In this document: positions 34,343 to 46,412 of the stretch, piece after piece
Position numbering within the stretch: position 1 is the stretch's first letter
Layout: the number at the start of each line of letters is the position of its first letter
Source: Botryllus schlosseri
Lineage: Eukaryota
Length of the DNA stretch: 64,000 bases
Direction of reading: 5' to 3'
NCBI GenBank assembly: GCA_051294905.1
Contig: CM119371.1
Span: forward strand, 13,888,001 to 13,952,000
The notes under the pieces: generated by a model
Database searches by the model: none
What the model saw: the letters and a program-made list of their open reading frames with translations, nothing else
Told to the model about the DNA's origin: nothing
Translations under genes and position numbers: made by a program

Positions 34343-35953
34343 ATGGGTTCACTTGTATGTTTGGATGTTGAAAAGCACGCTGCGTCTGTGTTGGCTGAAC
34401 TGCATCGAATGAAGCAAGATAACGATCACTGTGACTTCATAATTCAAGTCGAAGAGGATGTCTATCATACACACAAAAATGTATTGTCGGCTGGTTCCGC
34501 ATATTTCAAAGCCATGCTCGAACATGACACAAAAGAGAGTCGTGAAGGAAGAGTTGTTCTCAAAGATGTGGATTCTCAGTGCGTAAAAAATTGCATCGAT
34601 TTCATATATTCCGCGAAATTTTACATTCCTGATGGAAAAATCATTGGGCTGCTTCACATCGCAATCATGATGCAGTTGGAAGATGTAAAGCAAGCTGTCT
34701 CCCGTCTTTTGGCGGAATCAATTACCGTTGAGAATTACTTCTCGACGAGAAATGTTGGTGATATTTACGGACTGACGGATGTTTCTTCGAGATGCAGAAT
34801 ATTTTTACAAGAACACATCATGGAAATTGCAAACGAAGATGGATTTGGAAGCGTTGAAAAAAATGACCTTCTCAGTCTTATGAAGTCGGGAAAACCAAAA
34901 TTATGCGAAGAAGAAAAACTTACGTTATCCCTCAAGTGGATCGACAAATGCCAAAGTAAAAGCGACTATTTGCATGAATATCTCGAAGTAATCAAGCTTG
35001 ATCAAATCTCGCCGGTATATTTGCAACACATTTTAGAAACTCATCCCCGTATAAGCAATGATCTTGAGTTGTACAAGTTAATCAATCAACATTTTCTGAA
35101 ATCTTTGGTCAAGGCAAAAGAAGATAATGATAAATTGATAATTCTTTTTGATATTACCAGGAATCGTATCCGAACCCTTGATCCAGTAACCGAGAAAGTA
35201 GAGAAGTTCCATGATGAAAAGTTCAAGCATTTGAAGCATTTTGAGACGATATCTCTCGACTCGTACATTTATGTTTTATGTCGCAAAAAATCTGTTCACC
35301 GACTCGATTGCCGAAGTAAAAATTCAAAATGGGAAAGAATGAAAGATATGATTTTTAACCATGGAAGATATCCTCGCTCTGTTTCTTGGTCAGGGTCAAT
35401 ATTTGTTGTTGGAGGAACTTCTCCCAAAGCAACAAATGATGTGGAAACATTTACTTCTTCCTTAAATGAATGGTTTCAATTAGAAAACAAACCTACAGCA
35501 ATTTGCAATGCAAGTCTTGTATCATTGGGTGATTCCATTTATTGTATTGGAGGCATAGTAGATGATGTCGAAGTTTCTTCATTCTGCAGATTCACTCCAT
35601 TCTCATCAGAGTGGGTTGATCTCGAGCCGATGAGATATTCTGTGTCGAATAGTGGTGTCGTTGCAGTTGACCAAAAGATATTTGTGATGGGTGGTTGCAG
35701 CGGAGGGATCGGAGTCAACTATGTATCATGTTACGATGTTACTTCAACTCAGTGGACTTTATTGTCGTCTATGATTTCTGGTGGTAGCATTCTTTCTGCT
35801 CATCACATTGATAACTGGATTTTTGCAGTAGGATACGGAGATATCTCTAATGCTATTAAAAAGTATGATGTCTTAAAAGACAAATGGGTTATAGTGAAAC
35901 CAAAAGTTAATCAATATTTTGGAATTTATGAATCCACATTTGTAAAAATATAG
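34343..35953 (+). CDS. BTB-BACK-Kelch protein A2, intact, 536 aa, chimeric
   Basis: Uninterrupted ORF with BTB, BACK and Kelch motifs. The 5' half matches A3 and the 3' half matches A1. Confidence 0.95.
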   Translation: MGSLVCLDVEKHAASVLAELHRMKQDNDHCDFIIQVEEDVYHTHKNVLSAGSAYFKAMLEHDTKESREGRVVLKDVDSQCVKNCIDFIYSAKFYIPDGKIIGLLHIAIMMQLEDVKQAVSRLLAESITVENYFSTRNVGDIYGLTDVSSRCRIFLQEHIMEIANEDGFGSVEKNDLLSLMKSGKPKLCEEEKLTLSLKWIDKCQSKSDYLHEYLEVIKLDQISPVYLQHILETHPRISNDLELYKLINQHFLKSLVKAKEDNDKLIILFDITRNRIRTLDPVTEKVEKFHDEKFKHLKHFETISLDSYIYVLCRKKSVHRLDCRSKNSKWERMKDMIFNHGRYPRSVSWSGSIFVVGGTSPKATNDVETFTSSLNEWFQLENKPTAICNASLVSLGDSIYCIGGIVDDVEVSSFCRFTPFSSEWVDLEPMRYSVSNSGVVAVDQKIFVMGGCSGGIGVNYVSCYDVTSTQWTLLSSMISGGSILSAHHIDNWIFAVGYGDISNAIKKYDVLKDKWVIVKPKVNQYFGIYESTFVKI

Positions 35954-38900
35954 ACTGTACTGATCGAAGACATGATTACAAGTATTTCTTATTACAACTT
36001 AAATTATGCAGTTGTTCGTTCTATCCGTGCCACAATTGATCATGCTATTTCCATCATAATTACATTGAAAATTGTGCATTTCATTGATTGCAATTTAGTG
36101 TCTTGAACTAGTTAGTCATGTGGCTTTTTATCAAACATGTTTACGTTTAACTTCATAATTCAATTCGTCAGAACTTCTCACTTTAGCTTTTCAGATTCCG
36201 TCGAAATTAACCTAGTTTGGGGTGAATTTGTATAATTTATAAATTGAATTAAAATGCTGTCAAGAAATTTTGTGGAAATGTACTTCATAACCGGGCCTAC
36301 CAAAGTGCAACCGGGTTACATTGGAAATAATTTGACTGACTTTGTTCTTTCCTCAATAAGTGTATTGTAAATGATAATTGATGACTTGAAAATTCGATTC
36401 CACAATTGCTGCATGGTCGATATCAATAGTGGACAACTTACTGAGTACTGTGTGCTGAATTATTTTTTAGACTCATATTCAGGCATTTTAGTTTTACATA
36501 GCCCAAATCACCCCGCTCATGAAAATTTCAATGAGAGTGAATTGTCTTGTTTCCTTGTTTTGATGCATTCGGTGTTTGTTAACCGATTGGCACAGGCAAG
36601 TTTTTTGAAAAATTCTGCTTCACTTAACAAAACTGAAAAACACGACTTCAACGGGGTGCGAAACCAACAAGCAATGCATCGTTTGATTCAGAATGTCATC
36701 GCATAACCAACTACGCCACGAAGCAAGACGAGTGCAGTCAACCGCGCGTGTATACAATCCAGAAGACGAGAAAACTTTCTAAACATGTACATGTTTTGCT
36801 TACTCCCTTATAGAGTCCACAACGTATACCTAGTGCGAAAAATCACGTGCTATTCACTGTCATTACAACCCTGCGTTCCAGTTATGATATTAGCCAGCAA
36901 TCATGACAGTGTCATTATATGTGCTCCGTATATGCAGAAATTTACCTGTCTACCAACTGGTCTACGCAATAATTTGTTTTGAAACATTAAAATTGGTTCA
37001 TATTGGCACATACATTAATATCTGACAATTTTCGATTCAGGCGAATGACAGCCTTACGCCATTGACAATCAATAATGAGGATTCAGAATGTAGTTTTATG
37101 AAAATAATCAGTGAATTTCTAGATCAGAACCCATTTATCCGAGGCATTCATTTTTATGACACATTTATTTACAATCTCTTATTTCCAGGTGTCTCTCCTG
37201 AAAGACGAGGAAGATGTCAAAGTTCGAACAATGAAGGTTGCATCCCACGTGTGTCAATAACCGTAAGTAGTCGTAGAAATAGGAGAGTTCAGAACAAAGT
37301 CATCCATCTCGGAAATTGCAATAGAATTATTGAGAAATATTTTATTGTTGGTGTAATAGCCCATCCTCAGGACCAACGTATTTTGAAACGTTTCGGTTGG
37401 TAAACATCCAAAAAATCAAAACTCAAATGACTTGGTTCTGATCACAATTGTGATTTTAGATTAGAACTCCTACATTCAGTGCTGTACTTGGAAAAAGCGG
37501 TTCATGAATGTGTTTTAGATTCGTCCTCTATGTGCAGTTAGGTGCAAATCACTCATAAATTCGGTCTCGACTCATCCATAATATGTAGGGTGATTTTTTG
37601 ACCTGAAAACGAAAGATTTTGACCTAAAAAATCAAAATTTTTGACACTTTTTTACCTAAAATAACTTTTGACCTCACAATAGGCCTATGCAAATTTGGTG
37701 TTTTCGCACACAATGTTAAGATTGCACCACTTATCTTCATTTCTGGTTGGGAGTGTATGTCCTTACAAAGTAGTTTGGCCCGATAAACGTTTTTGACTTG
37801 AAAACTGACAAATTTTTACATGAAAAATCTTATATTTTAACAAAATCTGGCTGTATGAAGAATTCCAGTATCACATGACGTATTATGGTAGAAATAATTA
37901 AAATTTGTTGTAATACATCAAATCAAATGATATTTCCGTCATATCTCATGACGGTTCGCACAATGAACCATAGTAAAAGTGGGTAGTAAAAGTAAAAGAG
38001 GGTCGAGAACTGCAATAGGTTGGAAAGCACTGATTTAAATGATGTCATCACAGCCTGAATCATAAACGATATTCGCACTACAATATCAACTGATCAGTTG
38101 GTATCTGTCAAACACATGATGTCTGTCTGACGGACGTACCTTTGGCTTAAAGATCAATAAATTCTTATTTTCTGTTTACACCCAATCAATAATTCTGTTT
38201 TCGAGTATTTGCCTTTTTGTGCCACCATCTTTAACTAGATTAATACTATATGTAAGAAGAAGTCTCAATGCATTGGGTGACTGCAAAGTTAGAATTTGGA
38301 TTGTTTCCAAATTGATGTATTCTTTGTCATCACAGGCAAGGATTTCTTTTTCATCATGTTCAATCAAGCTACAAGTTTCCAGCAAGGAAGCTTCCCCAAT
38401 TGTCATTCAAGATGAGTTTTATCCGGCTGCATATTTTGCGAGGCACAAATACGATTGACATCGACCTTCTATGCACGTAACAATTATCAACTCGGAAGCG
38501 GATGAGGTCAGCAACATCAGCATCCCAGATTTTTCGTCATTTATTGAGTTTTTTAGTTGTGCCCGTTCGTTAGCCTGGCTGCCGAATCTACAAAGTAGGA
38601 CAGATTCACAAAAAGGAGGACATGTAGGCATCATCAGAGGATATTTTCGATTTCCTGAAAAAGGAGCACAAACTTGAACGACATACTCAAATGGTCATAT
38701 TTTTAATGCCGGTACTTAAAAATTGCTATACAAAACTACTTACTTTTGAAACTTGGATTTGGTATAGTAGAAAGTAGTTTTGAGACACTGTGTGAAAGTT
38801 TCCAAATCGAGCAGCTGTGATACCGATCTTATAACCATGGGGATGTGTTGTTTTATGCGATCCAACATCCTAACGTTTGTCGCTCGATTCGGGAAATTTC

Positions 38901-39655
38901 ACACAATGTAAATTACGGCCCGTTACCGTGGTGGATTTTCATTTCATTGCTGTTGCGATAGCCCGACCTCAAGGCCCATGCAGTTCAAAACAGAAAGTTT
39001 TTTACTGTGCGTTGTGTACTTAAACCACGGTATATTTACAAAATCGATATATAATTTAATCGGAGCGCATTTCCAGCTAACATGGTTATGACGCTTTCAG
39101 CATTGTACAATTGAATACTGAAATGAACCCGGTTATTTTCGGCTGACACTCGTCAGGGGTAATCGTCAGCAACTAGTCGAGAATTGGAAAGAACATGGTA
39201 TATCAACAATCGTATCACAAAATAGGACGTCACCAGCATGAAATTTCGAATGAGTGAGCGTTCAATGTACTATTTGTAGGTGGTACACGAACTCCTTTTG
39301 TTGAGTTTTGGTTCCAAGTGTATTTTGATAAAGGTCAACTCCAAGGCACACAAATGGCAGTGTGAACGGCCCCTCCTGACGACACCACATCTGTCGTCTC
39401 GATAATTATTCGCAAAAATCGGTTTATCCAACAGATGTTTACCGATGCACACGAGTACATCTCTGTGACATCACATCATAAATACAGAATAAGTAAATCA
39501 AAGTGAAATACCCCCAATTTTCTTCACGAAATGAGAGTATTCGTAACATTTTTGTGTTCAAGGTGGAACAACTGCTAAATTTCGTTTTTTTTTTGTCCAA
39601 GTCACATTTAAGAAGTTGAGTGAAGAAGTGAATTCTATTTTTTAGCGGTGTGATA

Positions 39656-41198
39656 CAGAGTTGGATCAATTGTAATTTGTAATGTAATGTATTGTAATTA
39701 ATTACATTTTTTCAATGTAATTGTAATGTAATTGTAATTGAAGCATTTTTATTTTGTGTAATTGTAATTTGACAAAAATTTTGGTCAATTACAATTTCAA
39801 TTACATTAAATTGCTATTGAGACCTGACAAGCACATCATAAAATAATTGACTTATTATGCATTCTCTTTCAATGTCGACAAGGAATTTGGTGGATCCATT
39901 CGCGGAAGCCCTTGACTGCGCCCTTGCGGGCGAAGTTTTTTTATTTTCACCGCTATGCTGGCCTCGACTGCCATTGTATACAATTATTAGATTACTAACC
40001 AACGGATGGATTCGCAACACGTGACTCACGATTGAATACGCCGAGCAGCGAACTGCTGAGCCGGCTAAAAGCAGCAGAATTGATAGTCCCATAGCTGGCG
40101 ATCCAAGCGTCGAAATTTGATATGTATGGTCCTAATCGAAAGCTAGTGTCGCACTGATTCCGCAATAAAAGTATATTTCCAGGCAATGGTACCATCCCAA
40201 AATAGTCGTGAAAGTCTGGGAATCGGCATTGTTCTGAACAATCGCTGGGCGTAATAGGTCATTGTTGTGGTCATGCTGCTGCGGCGCTCTCACCTTTCAG
40301 AACAGTCGGCCTTGAAAGGCTATTTTAGAGCAGTTAAATTGCCCTGACGAGATTTTAATTTGTATTTTCGGAACTAGTGCATCAATAGCTTACGATAAAG
40401 ACCAGATGCATCAAATTTGGACGCTTGGATCGCCAGCTCTAGGACTACAAAGTTTGCTGCTTTTAGACGGCTCTGCAGTCTACGTTTGTCGGTTTCATTC
40501 ATCCGTGACTCACATCTTGCGCATCTATCCGTGGGTTGGCAATCTACAATACGATCTCAGGTCACGATGCTGCATCGTTACTTCGGCTGGCTAACTAACC
40601 AGACCACTGGATATTATATAACGTCTTATCTGACAAAGCACAGTTTTGGTTTTACTCCTCATCCTAATTCCTACGTCCCTCGATAAAAATAATATTATTT
40701 CTTTAATTATATACTATATGCGCAAATCCAACACGTGCACATATTATAATACTTTTTTCAACGACATACTGCACCCTATCCCTAATCCTAACCCATAGGA
40801 AATTAGGTAAATAACATTTTACATTTCCAATTACGTGAGCCATAATTACCAAGCATACAAAACACGCTTATATTACGTCACATTGACATCTTACATAGCA
40901 TACTATGTATGCACATAAACGCATTTATTACTACACAATCTGAACTAGACTTGAATTGTTGTTAATTACGATGCTACAGTTGTCAAGGAGCACGGTTGAA
41001 TTTATGATTATTCAATTGCATGTTCAACAGCAGCAATTGTAATTGTAATTGTAATGTAATTGAAGCATGCATGGAGTAATTGTAATTGTAATTTGATATT
41101 TTTAGAATGGAGTAATTGTAATTGTAATGTAATTGAAACATGCATGAAAGTAATTGTAATTGTAATTGAACTGAAATAATGTAATTGATCCAACTCTG
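39656..41198. mobile_element. hAT non-autonomous element with (GTAATT)n subterminal arrays
   Basis: TIRs CAGAGTTGGATCAATT and AATTGATCCAACTCTG. Perfect TSD GTGTGATA. Empty site GTGTAATA near 20861. Confidence 0.9.
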
Positions 41199-41355
41199 GT
41201 GTGATATGAGATTTTCTTTCAGGCTTTGTCTCCTGCTGAAAGACAAGATCTCAATATCAGGACTTTCAGGAATCATGATGACTGCAGCTGCAGGTGAGCC
41301 ACTATGAAGCACTGTAACATATCCAGAGTCCGCAACAGAGTAACTAATATATAGC

Positions 41356-41543
41356 AAACGTAAGACCGTGATAGCTTTCACACCCTATTTATCGTCCACT
41401 TGTATGAATATAACTTTATTAGTTACACGAGCTTTCGGAGCTCTGCTCCTTCATCAGGCTCCGAAAGCATGTGTAACTAATAAAGTTATATTCATACAAG
41501 TGGACGTTAAATAGGGTGTGAAAGCTATCAAGGTCTTACGTTT
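41356..41543. mobile_element. Penelope-like pseudo-LTR fragment with inverted duplication (188-bp hairpin)
   Basis: Long palindrome centred on CTGATGAAGGAGCAGAGCTCCGAAAGCTC followed by AATAAA (minus strand). TAATATATAGCAAAC is duplicated at 41345-41359 and 42071-42085. Absent in the sister copy (~21000). Confidence 0.65.
41429..41457 (-). ncRNA. Minimal hammerhead ribozyme core
   Basis: CUGAUGA-A, stem II GGAGC/GCUCC, GAAA, palindromic AGCU stem III, C at the cleavage position. Stem I is weak in this copy. Confidence 0.55.
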
Positions 41544-41580
41544 ATATATATCGTCTGCTATCGGCGCAACAAAGTATTAA

Positions 41581-42069
41581 AGGGGCACTGTACTCTAAAA
41601 ATGATGTGGTCTCAAATTGAAGGGCAAAACGAAAGAAAAATTTTGACAGCAGCCGTTTTCTTCAGAACGCCACCGTAATGGAGCTGTAATGAATTGAAAT
41701 TTCCATAGTTGCAGCACGCTCCAGCAGTCACGCAGAGATCGAACTATATATAGTTGTCAGCCGATGTTATGAAGGAAATAGAATACACTAGGCCCGATTT
41801 TGACATAAATCTCCTGACTGGACATCTTCCGTTGAACGCGGTATCTAAACCACCTTGGCGTGTACGACATATATCCTTCATAACATCGGCTGACAACTAT
41901 GGAAAGTTCGATCTCTGCGTGACTGCTGGAGCGTGCTGCAACTATGGAAATTTCAATTCATTACAGCTCCATTACGGTGGCGTTCTGAAGAAAACGGCTG
42001 CTGCCAAAATTTTTCTTTCGTTTTGCCCTTCAATCTGAGACCACATCATTTTTAGAGTGCAGTGCCCCT
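41581..42069. mobile_element. Palindromic MITE with TTAA TSD (Kolobok-like termini)
   Basis: TTAA-AGGGGCACTG...CAGTGCCCCT-TTAA. The arms are complementary over almost the whole 489 bp. Confidence 0.85.
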
Positions 42070-42479
42070 TTAATATATAGCAAACATTCTGTCCAAAACA
42101 TTGAAAATTTCAGTGTCAAATTAGTCAATTCAAATCCCATGCTATCTCTTGTAACGTTTTGCGCTCGTTTCCATCTGCACACTCAATATATTCACCCAAC
42201 GTACGCCTACATCCGGCATGTAGGCCTACTCATTTCTAAGCTTACAAAGAAATAATGCCATGAATATTGCTCTATGGTTTCCAATAAATTCGGGTATAAA
42301 AAATAAGCACTCCACCCTACACTTTTACCCGCATCTTACCAAGCCGCCTTTCAAATTTAATGGATACCTTGTTGACTTCTTTAACAAGAGATTTTTTCCA
42401 AACATTTGTACCGTAGTAATTGAGTACTATGAAAAAGGAGAAGTACTTCATTAATGATCGTATCTGCCAGTTGCTACAA

Positions 42480-42790
42480 CTGTCAGACAAGATAGCGTAA
42501 TGGTGGAACGTCCGGCTGCTTGATTGGTAGATCGATCCCTGGCCAGGTCATGCCAATGACCTTATTGGTAACACTGCAACTGCTATTCATGACTCCCCCA
42601 CTTGGCGCTCAACATTACCTGGATAGCATGCAGGGGTGGTGCAAGACTTCGAAAGCCTTACAGGGGTATATCTGCACATTCCTTGTCCAGCGGCATATAC
42701 ACATCACTGACTCATGGTATGCATATGTACAGATTGTGTGTGTGTATATCATGTGTCGGTGGCAAAAACATACATTCTATTCTGTTTGAT
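42480..42790 (+). mobile_element. Old tRNA-derived SINE (sister copy of 21421-21720)
   Basis: A box TAGCGTAATGGT and collinear homology with 21421-21720. Confidence 0.5.
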
Positions 42791-43344
42791 TTTTTCATCC
42801 TACTTATTTGGTTTCAACATTCAAGAGAAACTACGATAAATATTGAGTTGGCTCAAAATCATGTCGAACCATCTCATCAATGTGTTGTACATTTTTCACA
42901 GCTACTTCAGGGGAATACATCATGTTGTAGCTTCACCCTCGGGTAAGGATTGCATTTCTTCATTAACACTGTTCTGGATATACTGTTTGAGTGTATCTTC
43001 GGTTTAGGTTGAAAACTCCGGAGTGGATCATTTCCGGGCGTCTCACTCTACCTTTGACCTGACTTGGAATGAAGGACCAACTCATGTTACACGACTCTGT
43101 CTCAAGCTTCAGTGACATTTTCCAGCAACACCGTGTTAATTTATATTCATATCACATGAAACAAATTGACAATAACTGTCAGCGACTACTGAATGAGTTC
43201 ATTACGAGTGACCAATTTTGACAAGACTCGGCTACGTTATATCGAATAAGTTGTTCTGGAATGCTCTGAACACACAGTGATTGATTTTTGCAGTCCGAAA
43301 TCTCTATTGTCCTGGATTTATATCTATATATATATACATTTTAG

Positions 43345-43800
43345 TCATCATCATTGGTTTATTAGCAATTTGTATCAGTTCAATACACCACAAAAATGCG
43401 ATACAATGAAAAGATAGGAAGATGTCAAAGCGACTTGGAGTTGTCTATGGAATCAGACACCCTTGGCCTAGGCGATGTAAAGAGGAGGCATGCACACTGA
43501 ATAGAAGTAAAGAAGATAGTATAGAATAAAAGAAAGCGACAAGAAATAGGGCGGCATGTCATGGAAAGCGAGATCGATAGGTCAGTCGTGATCCGGTAAT
43601 CTTGAGGATAGACCGTATTCATTCAGTAGTTATAGCTTTTATTTCGACTTGAATGTGGACATGCTCGTTGACTGTCGGATGGCCGGCGGGATATGCTTGA
43701 AGGGGCAAAAGGTTTGTAGTATGCCAAATTTGGCGTGCTAGCTTGCCTAATAATTTCGTCGAATAACGAGTAGTAAAATTTTTGGACAACGCTAACACAC
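43345..43800 (-). mobile_element. L2/Crack-like LINE 3' end (ORF2 C-terminus, 3' UTR and tail)
   Basis: Minus strand encodes IPPAIRQSTSMSTFKSK*KL*LLNEY, typical of CR1/L2-group ORF2 ends, and terminates in AATAAACCAA(TGA)n. Confidence 0.7.
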
Positions 43801-44798
43801 TTCTCCAATTAATTTGTAATAATACGACACAGAATTACCAGTTCAAAAGCCGCCTGGATTGCTTAGGTGTTAAGTTCTAGGTCTTGGTAGAAGAGTCAGA
43901 ATTTCCAATGTCTATATTCGTCACTATCCAACGAGCATATAAACGAAGGTGAGTACATTACAGAATCAGACTTGGACAACTAGAAAAATTAGAATTTCAG
44001 CTATGAAGTTTTTTTTTCCAAATTAGATCGAGATATGAATTATAGCCACACACTTTCTTTTATATTAGCATTAATGAATTCAAGAAAACTTGGACATCGA
44101 ATCAATTTCGGTTAAAATCAAATCAGATCGCTCTAATAAGCATGAGAATAGCAAATGTCAGTAGAGCGAGCTTGACTCATTTTGCACTATACAGTTTTCC
44201 TATAGCGTTTACTGGAAAACCAGAAATTAGATTAGCATAAGTGCAAAGAAAGATGTGACGATTTAGAAATAGATTACCGGCATTTCGCTCTAATTTAGTC
44301 TAAATAGAAAACTATAATTATCTAGCAGTCCAAATTTGTAAACAGCACGTGGTATAAATACAAAGTCGAGGCACACGAGGAAATGATGTTTGGCAGTAAT
44401 TACTAGTCGTATACGAATGAGAGTCAGAGGATACCAAAGTAAATACATGTATATAACAGTCATAATATCTGATGTCCCGGCAGTGAGGCTGCATTTCATT
44501 GAAAAACCAGTTTCATTCAATTTAGTATTACAATTTAAACATTTCAATACACCTCAAGACTGTGATACAATGAAAAGATAGGAAGGTGTCATAACGACTT
44601 GGAGTAATCTATGAAATCAGACAACCATCTGGCCTAGGCGATGTAGAAAGGAGGCATGCACATTGAATGCAAAGTAAAAGAAGATAAGGTAGTATAAAAG
44701 GACAGGCGACAAAAAGAGGTGGCATGTGTCGGAAGGTAAGACCGATATGCGAGGTAGTGGTCCCGGAAACTTGAAGAAATTCTAGTTGATACACTGAT

Positions 44799-46412
44799 CT
44801 ATATCTTGACTATTGCCGATCCGTAGCTACTGAAAGATTGATCTTCTTCCATTTTGATGCTACACCATATTTTGTTCACTAAATCGTATTTCTCAATGAC
44901 ATCCCGTTCAACGACAAACGTATCCAGTACAAAAATCCAATTGCCGATGTGATAAGCGGCATTGCGTCCATGCTCAAAATTCATAGATGACAATGAAGTC
45001 CATTGAGCTGAAGTAACATCGTAACATTCTACATTATTGATAGTATCGTCTCCCCTCCACCCACCGGTCACAAAAATTTTTTGATCTATAGCAACCGCAC
45101 CACATCCACTAACAGGATATCTCATTGATTCAAGGATAATCCACTCTGATGAGGATGGAGTAAATCTGTAGAACGAAGAAATTTGAAAACCATCCCGTGT
45201 TTCACCTCCGATACAATACACAGAATCATTCAACGACACAAGACTTGCATTACAAATTGCCGTAGGCGAGTTTCGCAGCGGAAACCATCGATTTACGGAG
45301 GGGTCAAATCTTTCCACATCATTCGTTACTAATTCTTCGCTTCCTCCAATGAGAAATATGGATCCGCAAAATAACACGGATCTAGGTAGCCCACCGTGGT
45401 CACAAATCATATCTTCCATCCTTTGCCATTTCGCATTTTTTCTTCCAATATCGAGTCGATGAACTGATTGATTATCGCATAAAATATAAATATACCGCTG
45501 ATAAGAAATTACGGAGAAACGATCTTCTTCGGTAATCTTTGCGTTGTGAAACTTGGTTATTTTCTCAGTTATCGGATTAAGGGATAGAATAGAATTTTCT
45601 TCATCATCAAAAATAACTATTAATTTTTTTCTTTTGATTAGTTCAGCTGACGATTCTGGAAGATGTCCGGTAATCAACTTGTACAAGTTCGAGTCATTTC
45701 TGATAACGGGGTAAGTTTCGAGAAGTTTTTGTAAAAAGGCAGGAGAGATTCCATCACACTCGATCAATTCGAGAAATTCGTGCAAATATTCCTTCTTCTT
45801 TTCACATGTCTCGATCCACTTGAGCGATAACTCGAGTTTTTCTTCTTCCAATAACTTCCGATTTGCGGCCTTCAAAGAACTTGAAACATCACCTTTTTCA
45901 ACACTTCCAAATCCAGCTTGGTTTGCAATTTCCATGATATTTTCTTGTAAAAACATGCGGCATCGCAAAGCAACATCGACCAGCCCGTAAATATCAGCAA
46001 TATTTCTTGTAGAGAAGTAGTTGTCAACAGTGATTGATTCCGCCAAAATATCAGATATTGCATGCTTTACGTCTTCCAGCTGCAGAATGATTGCGACATG
46101 AAGAAGTTCAATGTTTTTCCCGTCAGGAATCTCAACTTTACTTGAATATATGAAATCGATGCAATTTTTCATACAATCGGAATCTACATCTTTAAAAACG
46201 ATCCTTCCTTCACGACTTTCTTTCGTGTCATGCTTCAGCATAGCTCTGAAATAATCAGAGCCAGCCGACAACATATTTTTGTGGGCGGGATAGATATCAT
46301 TCCCGACTTGAACTATGAAATCACAATGATCTTCATCTTGTTTCATTCGATATAATTCCTCCATCATCTTCACTGCACGTTTCTCGACGTCTTGACAAAC
46401 AACCTGCACCAT
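44799..46412 (-). CDS. BTB-BACK-Kelch protein B2, intact, 537 aa
   Basis: Uninterrupted ORF. Close paralog of B1 with the same BTB, BACK and Kelch motifs. Confidence 0.95.
   Translation of the reverse strand: MVQVVCQDVEKRAVKMMEELYRMKQDEDHCDFIVQVGNDIYPAHKNMLSAGSDYFRAMLKHDTKESREGRIVFKDVDSDCMKNCIDFIYSSKVEIPDGKNIELLHVAIILQLEDVKHAISDILAESITVDNYFSTRNIADIYGLVDVALRCRMFLQENIMEIANQAGFGSVEKGDVSSSLKAANRKLLEEEKLELSLKWIETCEKKKEYLHEFLELIECDGISPAFLQKLLETYPVIRNDSNLYKLITGHLPESSAELIKRKKLIVIFDDEENSILSLNPITEKITKFHNAKITEEDRFSVISYQRYIYILCDNQSVHRLDIGRKNAKWQRMEDMICDHGGLPRSVLFCGSIFLIGGSEELVTNDVERFDPSVNRWFPLRNSPTAICNASLVSLNDSVYCIGGETRDGFQISSFYRFTPSSSEWIILESMRYPVSGCGAVAIDQKIFVTGGWRGDDTINNVECYDVTSAQWTSLSSMNFEHGRNAAYHIGNWIFVLDTFVVERDVIEKYDLVNKIWCSIKMEEDQSFSSYGSAIVKI

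Larger units (their letters stand above)
10245..35187 (+). repeat. Tandem segmental duplication, copy 1 (A Kelch half - B - C - A upstream and BTB half)
   Basis: Collinear intergenic and genic homology with 35188-58140, e.g. 11014-12900 to 35954-37590, 24700-26500 to 46440-50690, 33660-34340 to 56640-57325. Confidence 0.85.
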
